A stretch of DNA of 64,000 nt, taken from NCBI GenBank assembly GCA_024679065.1, contig JAGIQG010000022.1, positions 14,570,001-14,634,000 of the forward strand, written 5' to 3'. The DNA comes from Sphyrna mokarran. Taxonomy: Eukaryota. The position numbers and the translations under genes are program-made. Positions 1 to 12,300 of this stretch are shown here, piece by piece (within the stretch, counting starts at the first letter, position 1; every line of letters starts with the position of its first letter). Under the pieces are notes generated by a model. It was not told the origin of the DNA, did not search any database, and saw only the letters and a list, made by a program, of their open reading frames with translations.

Positions 1-280
1 GGTGAATAGGTTTTGGAGAGTCAGTAAGTGAATTACTCACTGCAGAATATCTAGCCTCTGACCTGCTCTTATAGCTATCTAAATCATTATAAATAAACTA
101 AACTAAACCAGTAGTACTTAAAAAATAATATCATAGACAGGCTGTGAGAGCTTATATTAATTATTATTGAATATTACACTTGAGATATTGGAAGAACAAT
201 AAATACTGGTCTGGTAGAAAGCACATTGTTGTACAGTAATTGCAGATTCTAATGGATCATTTTCTCTCTCCTTTTCTCAG

Positions 281-334
281 CTTCTCTGCGATGACCTGAC
301 CTGCGTGAAATTCTCCCCTGTTCTTTATCCAAAG
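281..334 (+). CDS. RAP1GAP2: RAP1GAP2-like exon ([18 protein letters not shown])
   Basis: Acceptor cttttctcag| and donor |gtaatt; PVLYPK motif of the RapGAP family. Confidence 0.9.
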
Positions 335-3300
335 GTAATTATTCAGTAAAGTTGTGCTGTTACTGGGGTCATGTTTGAATCATCTGCCGAGCTTTCTTCC
401 TCTGTGGGAGCAGCAGGGAATAACCCCCATGTGACATTTACATACTCAATGTGATGACTCAAACCAAACGTAATGTTCAGGTGAAGCTTGTTTGGAGGGC
501 GGGAGGTAATCAGATTAAGGTTTGCAAAAATAATTCAGGTGACATTTTCAAGTCACACATTCAGTGCTTGTTTCTATATCTTTGTTCTAAGTTCTTTGAA
601 TCATCTCTTTATGGGAACTGCCTATTATCAGTGGTGGGCAATCTGCAGCCTTCTGAGTGCAGCCCACAACACATTTTGTTAGCCATTGCCAAAGCACAGG
701 GTTGCCAGCATAATTTTCCACCGGTCTGATTAAAGTGATTCATACATAGGGCAAGGGCAAGTGAGGTGAGGTGTGTGCTGATTGCTCACAACACTGACTG
801 TGAGAGCCGTTCACTCCCTCTGTGTCCAAATGTGTAAATATTAATTTTGCTTTCACCATTTGAAGTTGCTGATGTATGAATGATTAAGCATTTTCCATAA
901 CTCGTTATCAAACATTCAGTGTAAATCAAATGCATTTAATCTTATTCATGGGGCCACGGTTAGCAAAGATCCTGATTTCAATCTTGGTGGCCCACTGAGA
1001 TGAAGTGGGCCATTCATGCAACCCACCCACCAGCCCACGTCACCCATCACTGGACTATAGATAAGAGTGATTTCTTCATGATGTAATTACACCATCTGTC
1101 CAGTGGTGGTACTGCTGAGCCACTGCCAATGGGACTTGCGGGGTGAGATTGTCCAACCTTCCACTGGTGGGAGGTGGTACGTTGTTTGCAAGCAGTGGGA
1201 TTCTCTCGTCCCATCACTGTCAATGGGAATTCTGATCAAATAGTATCTGATGATCACAGAGAGGAACTTCCATCCCTTCCAACTGGTTTGGATTCAAATC
1301 AAGTCCGCAGAATAAAATTGCAACAAGATGCGTCAACCCAAAATATCCGCCAAGGCTTTCTTCTTATTAACTCAATATTTTCCAAACCTTTACAGTCCTG
1401 AAACCATATAAAACTAAAACCGTATGCACTTACAGGGTCCGAATCCTTCCATTCCCATCTTATTCACATATTTGTCTAGTTGCCCCTCAAGTGCTGCTAT
1501 CATACCTGCTCCCACCACCTCCCCAGGCATTCCAGGCATTCATCACCCTCTGCGTAAAAACTTGCCTTGTACATCTCCTCGGAACTTTTCCCATACAGAT
1601 TAAACCTGTGTCTCTTTGTATTTCACTTTTCTACCTTAGAAAAGAGTATTTGATTATCCACTCAGTGGATAGTCACAGTGGTGGCACATTGGCACAGTGG
1701 TTAGCACTGCTGCCTTAGAGCACCAGGAACCTGGATTCAATTTCCAGCTTGGGTCACTGTTAGTGTGGAGTTTGCACATTCTCCCCATATCTGCATAGGT
1801 TTCCTCCAGGTGCTCTAGTTTCCCCCCCAACATTCCAAAGATGAGCGGGTTAGGTGGATCGGCTGTGCTAAATTGCCCCTTAGTGTCAGGGTGACGGTCT
1901 AGGGTAAATGTATGATGTGATGGGGTGGGGCCTGGGTGGGATTGTAGTCGATGTGCACTCGATGGGCCAAAAGGCCTCCTAGGATTCAATGAAAGTCCGG
2001 GACAGCATAATTCGTATAAACTTGTTCTTGTCAAGGTGCTTTCATTGGCTTGTTTTATGTCCCCCAAGGCATCCCAGTTGATAGTCGCCTATGATGAACA
2101 CGAGATCAATAACAACTTCAAGTTTGGAGTAATCTATCAGAAGATGAGACAGGTGAGGAATGACTATCCTTAAAAAAACCATTGGCATTTATTAAAATAG
2201 ATTTACTCGGTACTTATTTAGTATGTTCTGGTCACAACCAATCCCAGACAGTGTTCTGCAGTGTTAATCTGAGCTTGTTAACAGAGTAGATACAGGGTCT
2301 GGGATAACAGCCACATCACTCATGGATATATTTACAATCTCCTATCTATATAAGTGTAGAGCTTCCAGCTCCACTATTATGAAGACATTAGGTCTGATTC
2401 TCAGGCCTCCCTTCAGCATTTCCTTTTTCATGGCAGGAGGTGCCGTGCCATTCACTGGTGTTGGAATCCTCTGATCCCACCATCATCAGTGGGAATTCCC
2501 ATTGATGTCACCCCACGTCACATGGAAATTGCGCGGCCAGTAGGTCCAGAGAATCCCACTGGCGTGAACAGTCGGAGAATCCCAGCCAATATCTAAATAT
2601 TGATTTCAAACTGTCTATGTCCTGTTAACTGTTTCCACCTACAGATGACTCTTTTTAAAGAGCGTTTAGATAGTTACATGGGCATGATACGTATAGAGGG
2701 ATATGCACCAAATGTGGGCAATTGGGAATAGCTTAGGTGTTTTAAAAAAAACAGCATGGACAAGTTGGGCCAAAGGGTCTGTTTCCAAGCTGTAAACCTC
2801 TATGACTTTATGTGCATGAGACCAAGAATTTATTTACAGGTTTGTCAGCTGGAATGGATTCATGCAGAGTTACCTGATCCAAAATTATCTATTATTAAAT
2901 TATGTCTGCTCTAGCGCACCATCCAATGCACTCTCTCTTTGACTTGCACCAACCTTATTGGTGAATGACTCATAGAAAATGATTCAATAAACATTCAATT
3001 GAAGACAAAAAAATCCTGTATTATCCCTTTGCAAAAACATACTTTAATCATGGTGGCACAGTGGTTGGTACTGCTGCCTTACAGCGCCAGGGACCCGGGT
3101 TCAATTCCTGGCTTGGGTCACCGTGTATTGTTTGCACATTCTTCCCGCGTACATGGGGCTGCTCTGGTTTCCTCCCACATTCCAAAGATATGTCGGTTAG
3201 GTGGATCGGCCGTGCTAAATTGCCCCTAATATCCTAAGAAATGTAGCTTTGGAACATTAGCAGGATAAAATACGTAAGGTTAAGGGAATGGGACTGGGGT

Positions 3301-6300
3301 TGGACCTCGGTAAGATGCTCTGCTGACTTGATGGGCTGAATGGCCTCCTTCTGCACTGTTGGGATTCTATGATTTGCTGTACTCACAACTTGTTGCAAGT
3401 GATTGAACTTCACTATGTTTAGAGTTGAAACACTGAGATGCTTTATTCCTGCGTTCCAGACCACAGAAGCGGAATTATTTGGGAACAATGAAGAAAGCCC
3501 TGTTTTTAAGGAATTCTTGAACTTAATTGGAGACACAATTGTGCTCCAAGAATTCAAAGGGTGAGTGAAAATTTTGTACATTCTTAGCAGTGGCTGGGAA
3601 TTTCCTCTCTCCCTAAGGTGAAACTATTGATTTAGTTCATTTTACATTGGCAATGATTACCTCCCTATCTTAAGAGTGGAATAATCAGAAATTTCCTTGA
3701 CATCAGTTATTTAAGTGTGATTCACCTAAAATTGACTAACTTGGTGTAGTTAGGGATAAATATGTAGGGTTGTGGGTATAGTGCCTGGATGGGATTGTGG
3801 TCAGTACAGATTCAATGAGCCAAATGGCCTCCTTTTGTACAACGGGGTTTCTAAACTGAAGGAAAACTTAAAGAATTTTCTAAATTGTAGGATCCTTGTG
3901 CCCAAAATAATCCAACTTAATTTCAGAAACATTGAAAGCAGAAGCAGGAGGAGGCCACTTGGTCCTTTGAGCCTGCTGTACCATTCATTTTGATTACAGC
4001 TGATCATCAAATTTAATATCCTGATATTAAATTTTGAGATCCAGGCTAATATTCTGGGGACCTGGGTTCAAATCCCACCCACATCAGATGTTGAAATTTG
4101 AATTCAATAAAAATTGAGAATCAACTGATGAAACTATTGCCGATTGTCGTATAAGCCTATCTGGTTCATGCATGTCCTTTAGGGAAGGAAATCTGCCGTC
4201 TTTCTACTCCAGAGTCACTGAATGTGGCTGACTCTTAAATGTCCTCTGAAATTGCTGACCAAGCTGCTCTGTATACAAGGCCAATTTAAGAATAGACAAC
4301 AAATTCTGACCCAGTCAGTGAGGCCCACATCCTGTGAATGAATAATAAAAGCTTTTTGTTATTTCAGAGCAGGTGACCACCACTTCTGTTTAAAAATGCT
4401 TTTTTTGTGTGGTAACTTAATTTGCAGCTACATAAGTAAAACAGTGGCACTCTTGAATATATCAGATAACCTTATTAATGCAAATTGACCACTGTCTGAA
4501 ATGGGTTTGCATTCGTTCGTGAAAGATTTTGAGGCAGGATTTTCCAGCGGCAGGACTGGAAGATCTCACCTGTGGTCAACAGACCTTTGCATTGTCCATG
4601 TCCTGCCCGCTACGATCCCCCTGGGGGGCGGAAAAGGAAAATTCCACCCTTTGTGTTTGACGATTTGCAAATGGGTGGAAACTTAAACAGAAAATGAATA
4701 CTTCTTAAAAACGGGAGCTATTCTGAGTGCCTCCTGACCACAAATCACACCCAAAGTGTAAAGTCTTGGCCAGAATTAAGAAAAGACAGTTCCCACTCTC
4801 CACAATTCATGTATCGCTCATCAGTCTATAAACATGCAATAGTTTAACAAACCATGTACAGGTTGTAGCTGACAATGATATCTTTCCCAATATAGCTTCC
4901 GAGGAGGACTTGATGTTGCACATGGTCAAACGGGATCAGAGTCTGTCTACACTACCTTTAAAGACCGAGAGATAATGTTCCACGTTTCCACAAAGTTGCC
5001 CTTTACAGAAGGAGACTCGCAGCAGGTGGGCTGAAAGAATGTTTATGGTGCAAAACAGCACAAACCAATGACAGAGTTTTTGAAGTGTAGTCATTGTAAT
5101 ACCGGAGGAAACACAGCAATCAATTTGCGTCCTGAAATGAAAAGCTTTATTTTTATACTCCTGATGACATATCAATATTTTCTGCAATAGGATTGGTCCT
5201 ATGTTGTCAAAACCATCAGACTTAAGTTTAATAGGTTCTTGGTATCTTGGTGCATGATTCGCTAAATGCAAAAGTTCTGGTCAAACAGTTGCTTGGCCTT
5301 TGACACAAATGTTTCAGTTTAGTCTCTCTTTGTACTTGCCTTTTAAATGTCTAAAAAAAACACGTTATAACAGGACCATGCAATGCTTCGCCCTCCCTAG
5401 TATTTTACAATCTAACAAATATCAATTCTCGTTTCCTACTTCTCAATCTGCAATTACTCGACTTAACTTTGCAACATTAAGCACCCAACTGAACAAGGTC
5501 TGCTGGCTCAATTTGTACAGATTTGTATTGCAGGGAATTACAGGGGTGGGGAGATGAGGTAGTGGGGTGGGTGAAGTGGGGTAGGGGCGGAGGGTGGGGC
5601 AAGAGGGTGGGTGGGGGAGGCGGGATGTGAATGGGGGGTGGGGGGCAGGAGGGTTCAGGATTTGTGAATTTCAGCTGAGATTCTCTGTTTGTTTGCTGAA
5701 ATTACATTGGATGAAATATGTAATCATGGGCAGAAAGTCCATGTGCTTTGAGTTCTCAAATTTGTTACAGTCGAGTTACAGGAGACTACAGTGGGAAACT
5801 ACGCTAATGTGTTTTCACATTACATAATGGTTGAGACCGGAAACTCTGTGTAGGGAGTTACAAATGTGCACTTGGCCACAGCGTGTAGAATTTTGGATTC
5901 AAGATAAAGGAAGCCTGAAGGTGAGGTGGAAAACCTGGTGCTGGATTCATTGGTATAAATCATTCTTAATTAGCATAATGAGTAATTGGAAAATCTCTAC
6001 TGAGGTTCTCCCATAACTCTGGCAAGAATCTGATGGAACCCACCACAAACTTAAGGGGCCTAATTGTGCCAGGTTTGAGATTTTCCTGGAAACCTTTTGA
6101 GCGACAGAGTCCTCACTCGCCTCTTGTAAGGTGAATGACACCCAGACAGCCCGTGGGGTGACTCAACAGCCGACACAAATACGGAACTCCAGCCAGAACA
6201 AAGTGTGATGAGATCCTAAATGTTGAAAAGAATGCCCCGGGGAGGTTGTGGGGGAGGAGCTAAGAATGAGGAAGATGCTGGTTTCTGAAATACTGGGCAA

Positions 6301-9300
6301 TGGGAGTAGGGATGGGGGAGCTTGGACAACCACTGATCCCTTTGAAAAGTGGTCGGGCATTAAAATGATCCAGCTGCAATGTGCCCAAGGTAGATATGGC
6401 CATTTAACGCATGCATTTATCAGCTCCCAGGTTAATTAGATCCCCTCCCGGTGAGCCCACACAATCTGACAGGGGCAATAGATGTGGACAGTGACTTTCA
6501 CATAACCACCATGAGGTCAGGACATTGAATTTAAGGCTTAGCTTCAACATTTTTACCCCTGTTCACTTACTTTTCCCTTGTTTTGGGGGAATACAGATTA
6601 TTTGACAGATAAAAGTGTCCTACTCTCTAGAAGTGAATGCCCTGGTGTTTGTGGAACTTCTCCTTTACTGATGGATCTGCCTGTCGCCTGCCTATCCCAG
6701 TCCTATTACTCAGTCACTTTCTATTTCAGAAAGGTGCTGTCAGCACCTCTTACACTATCAGGCTGTTCCACATCACCAAAGCATAATTATTCATCGAGAG
6801 ATCCTGTCTGACTCCCGTCCGTGCTCCGAACTTTTTTTTTCAGTTGTGTTTCCTGTTTATTTAAAGGTTATCATGGTGAATGTTTGACCTGTTTGGGTTT
6901 TACCAGCAACCCTCCCCTGAGGAAACTGACACTGCAAAATGAAACCACTGTTTCTTCTGTCCTCCCTAGGGTGGTATGGTATCTGGATGACCCTTTGTCA
7001 GAGCAAAGAAAATCAGCAGAGATTTATACCATGAGAAAGGTGCGATAAGTATCTATTAAGTGATCAGATATTCTGATTATTTAATAGATACTTATAGCAC
7101 TTTTCTCATTCTGATCACTTAGTGATCTCTTTCAGCACCTTTCTTTATCATCATTTATACTTCCTTTGTCCAAATGACAGCCCACAATCCCCCTTCCCTC
7201 AAGGTAGAAATGTCTTCTGATTTCCTCTGCTCTGATGAAGGGTCATGCAGACTCGAAACATTGGCTCTATTCTCTCTCCACAGATGCTGTCAGACCGGCT
7301 GAGCTTTTCCAGTATTTTCTGTTTTTACATAAAAAAGCTTTCCATTTCAACAACGAAACCTTTACTTTGAGTTTCATTTGACCTGAGGTATCTGTGGCTG
7401 GAGGAAACGATTCCCTTGTTTCTAGAACAAGAACCTTGCGTAGGTGAAGATCTCACTCTTGTTCCCCCACTTCCACTCGCGCTTGGGATAAGGGCGAAAT
7501 TCTCCGGCCGTGCTGGTCTAAAAGCCAGCAGTTGCCACCTGTTTGTTGTGTAGTATAGCTCCATTCCAGCTGGGAGCTTGCTGAGGGCGAGAGGGAAATT
7601 GCAGCAAGGATGATTGGAAAGAGTGTCGGTGCAATGACACAGCCTTGCCCTACCCCAGTCTAATGTGAATTGGGTCCATTGAACAGGATCACGGATTGTA
7701 TGTCATCATGGAGTGGGCAGAGAGAGTAAGATGACAAACTTTTGGGGACAGCTGGAATGGAGGAGGAGGCTCCAAAGTTTATCACCGAAGTGACCCCTAG
7801 TTCTAAATTCTGCACCAAGAGGAAAAATCCTCTCCACATCCACCCTGTCAATATCCCTCAGGATCTTATGGTTTCAATCACACCAACTCTTAATCTTGTA
7901 AACGCTAATGTAAACAAGCCTATCCTGTTCACCCTTTCCTCATAGGATAATCCCTTTATTTTTGATAATAGCTCAGGGAATCTTCTCTGAACTGCTTCTA
8001 ATGCATTTACAGCCTTCCTAAATTAAGGAGATCAATACTGTTTGCAGGACTGCAGACACGGTCTCACCAACACCCTATATGACGGAAGCATAAAGTCCCA
8101 ATTTTGTAATCAACTCCCCCTCGCAATAAATGAAAACGACCAGAAAATTAAGGCCAATATTCTCATTCTTGCTGTACCTGCATACTAGCCTTTTGTGATT
8201 CATGCACTAGGACACTCAGATCCCTCTGCATCTCAGGACTCTGCAAGCTCTCACTAATTAGATAATAGGTTTCCTTTTCATTCTTCCTGTCAGTTAGGTG
8301 AAGAGATCACTTGATACCCCTGAGGTATTACCCCTCCCAGTATAAATCAGCTCCTTTAAAGAAAGGTGGAGAAAGAAAAGGGGGAGGTCGGTAAATAGAT
8401 ATCCCAATATTGAACTCCATGAGTGAATGAGTGTGAGAGCCAACCATTTCTATTCCCCCTTGGTATCCCAGAATGAGATTTCTTGCTCATTTGAGGTGTA
8501 GAATCCGCTTTGATTAAACTTTGAGTTTCTCCCTCACAGCTGCAGAGGAAACGTCACATCGGGAATGATATTGTGGCCATCGTATTTCAAGAGGAAAACA
8601 CACCTTTTGTTCCAGATATGATCGCTTCCAATTTCCTTCATGCCTACATTGTGGTGCAGGTGGAGACTTCCTCTCCAGATATAACTACATATAAGGTAAC
8701 AAGTTCTGTAACATACTGGCTCAAAGAAATGAGGGGAAGAATGGCCCCTTCTCCGCCCCAACAAAACCAGCCGCAAAACAAATACGGCAAATTAACACCA
8801 CCCTGTTTACTCTCGTGACTTCTACCTTATTTGTGACAGTGCCACCTTTTCTACTGTAAACTCAACAACCCGCAGCAGGTGAAAGGGGTTGAAATTGTGC
8901 ATGGTAGCACAGTGGTTAGCATTGCGGCCTCACTGCAACAGGTACCTGGGTTCAATTTCAGGCCTCGGGTCACTGTTTGTATGGAGTTTGCATGTTCACC
9001 CTGTATCTGCATGGGTTTCCTCTGGTTTCCTCTCACAGTCCAAAAGACATGCTGATTAGGTGCTAGATTGTCCCTCAGTGTACCTGAACAGAAGCCAGAG
9101 TGTGGCGACTAGGGGATTTTCACAGTAACTTCATTGCACTGTTAATTTCAGCCTACTTGTAACGCTGACAAAATAAGTTTTAACTTTAGTTGATTTCCAT
9201 TGGTGGCATACGTTGTGCTCGTAGTGAAGCGACATTACACATCTTGTTCATTGAAGTAGAACAGTGGTTGACACCGCTGCCTCACAGTGCCAGGGTTCAA

Positions 9301-12300
9301 TTCCAGCTTCAGGTCACTGTCTATGTGGAGTTTGCAAGTTTTCCACATGTCTGCATGGGTTTCCTCCGGGTGCTCCAATTTCCTTCCACAGTCCAAAGAT
9401 GTGCAGGTTAGGTGAATTGGCCATGCTAACTTGCCCGTTAGTGTCCCAAAGATGTGCAAATTAGGTGAATTGGCTGTACTAACTTGCCCGTTAGTGTCCC
9501 AAAGATGTGCAGGTTAGGTGAATTGGCCATGCTAACTTGCCCGTTAGTGTCCCAAAGATGTGCAGGTTAGGTGAATTGGCTGTACTAACTTGCCCCTTAG
9601 TGTCCCAAGATGTGCAGGTTTGGGGGATTGGTGGAACATATATGTTGGATTACGGGGATAGGGTCTGCGTAAGATTCTCTGTCAGAGCATTGGTGCAGAC
9701 TCAATGGGCCAAATGGCCTCCTTCCACATTATAGGGATTCTGTGAAGTCATTCATAAATCATAATCATAAACGTAGAAGGTCACTCAATTGATATTCAGC
9801 TGAACAGCATTGTCTGTGTATCTGATTAATATGGGTTTAAATACATTCAGAGGAAGTTCTAATGTGAACCTTCCCATCCTTGGCAGGTTTCAGTCACCGC
9901 TCGAGAGGGTGTTCGTCTCTTTGGACCCCCTTTGCCAACACCGCCTGTGTTTAAAAAGGTAAGCAGCTCTGATTCCTGTTCAGTAAAGTCTACTTTGTAT
10001 TTGCGAGGTGGACATCTTCTCTATAACAGGCATCTCTTCCAGGAAGGATGCTGGGTTGCCGTTTGCCCTGTTAGGGGATTTTACAACTCGGAGATTCAGC
10101 TAATTAAAACCTATACTGTTAAATGAGTGGGCATAATGTAGGCAGGTGGAGCATAATGTGGGAAAATGTGTACTTGTCTACTTTGGCAGAAAGAATAGAA
10201 TACTAGTTAAATGGAGGGGGATGGCAGGACACAGTATAATGGAATATTAGGTGTGGCATGGTGGCATAATGGTTAACACAAATGCCTTACTGTGCCAGAG
10301 ACTGGGGTCAATTCCAGCCTTTGGTGAAGTTTGCACATTCTCCCCGTGTCTGTGTGGGTTTCTTCTGAGTGCTCTGGTTTCTACACAGATTGCAGAGTTA
10401 TGTGGATTGGCCATTCCAAATTGCCCTTTAGTGTCCAAGGATGTGTGGTGTAGATGGATTGGCCATGCTAAATTGCCACAAGATGTGTAGGTTAGATAGA
10501 TTGGCCATGCTAAATTGTCCCTTAGTGTCCCAAGATGTGTAGGTTAGGGGGATTAGTGGGGTAAATACTTGGAATTACGGGCAACAGATCTGGGTGGAAT
10601 TGCCCCTTGATATCAGGCTTTTACGTGGGTTTACAAGGATGGGTAGGGTTGTTGTCAGTGCAGACCTGATGGGCTGAATGGCCTTCTTCTGCACTACAGG
10701 GATTCAATGAAAGGGAGGGAATTTTTTACTGTGGCTGTAAAAGGCTGAGGCGGGACCACATCTAGTACTGTGTATAGTATTGGTCACCCTATGAGCAAAA
10801 AGTAATTCTGTGTTAGAAACAGGTTCGTTCAATTCATTCTTGTGATGAGGAATGGTTGAACAGGGTTGCATCTCCACCCACTGGGGTTTAGAAGAATAAG
10901 AGGCAATCTTTTGAATGATATAAGATCCTGAGGGGACTTCATGAGATGGATATCAGGAAGATGCCTCCTCTTATGGGGCAAATGAGAGTTAGGGGCCACA
11001 GTTCAAAAAGGAGAGTGAATTTTCCCATTCCACCCACCACAGGATTCGGAGTGGGTAAGGGGCGGACATTGGAAGGTCTGTTGACCTCAGACAGGATTTT
11101 CCAGTTTCAGGGCAAAAGTGGCTGGAAAATCCCACCTGAGGTCCCACTTTTAAGATGGAGTTGAGGAGAATTTGTTTCTCTTGAGGGTCATTAGCCTGTG
11201 GAATTCTCATCCCGAGAAAATAGTGAAGGCTTACTTGTTGAATTTATCCAAGGCAGATTTTTGATAGATAAGGGCAATAGACAGGAAAGCGAGGTTGAGA
11301 CCACATGCAGAGCAGGTTCGGAGAGCCAAATGGCCGATTCCTGCTCCCATGTTCCCACGAAGCGTAATCTCCGGACAAGGGGAAGGCCATTTCAGTTCAA
11401 TGGACAGAAAGTTTGGCACTCAGGAGGTTGCGAACCTTTTAAATTCTCTATCCCAGTGGGCTGTGGATGCTCAGTCACTGAATATAGTCAAGACTCAGGG
11501 CAATGGATTTTGGGCTCTAAGAGAATCAAGAGATGGGATCAGGCTGGAAAGTGGAGTGAGATTGAAGACCAACGGTGGTCATTACAAATGGTGGAGGAGG
11601 CTTAAGGGGCCATGTGACCTCCTCTTGCTCCTATTTTGTGCATTCTTACTCTATTGTCAATTACCTCAAGATGATTCACGTCTAATAATATTGCAAACAA
11701 AGCAATGGAAGTGAAAACACTGGGGTCGGTCAGAATGCACAGTGCTGTTATTGTGGGACAGTAGGTGTCTTAGAAAGATGACGTTATTTGCCTTATATTC
11801 ATCTCGAGATCTCTTTAAAAATTCCCATTGTTGTGATTCAGAACCTGAATCCTTTGAAATTTGGCTTATTTAAATGTATTTTTCATAACTCAGAGATCCC
11901 TCATTGATATTGTCCAGAGATATACAATTGTGGTTCTCACACACTTGACAACTGGTACTGCAGCACCAATGTGTACCTATGTACTGTGCCAGAGAGTTCA
12001 TATGACTCAGGTTACATCTTTAGCCATCTCTTCCCTCCATCCAGCCACTGTGGCAGGGTAACTTAACCATTTCTAGTTGCCTCTGCGTGGCAGCTGGCAA
12101 AGATGGGTAATGTATTGGCATGAGGTGAAACCTTTCCTGCCCGTCGCTTCAGGATATAGCTGTGGCCAGGGGCAATACAAGAAGTTGTTCTCAAACATAC
12201 TGAACAAATCAAACTCCTGAAGATACACTTTTTCTGCCTAGGGTCCTGAATTCAGAGAGTTCCTGCTCACAAAGCTGATCAACGCTGAAACTGCTTGCTA

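Noticed and set aside
860-930. Possible intronic box C/D snoRNA
   Set aside because: I could not find a convincing RTGATGA and CTGA pair with a terminal stem.
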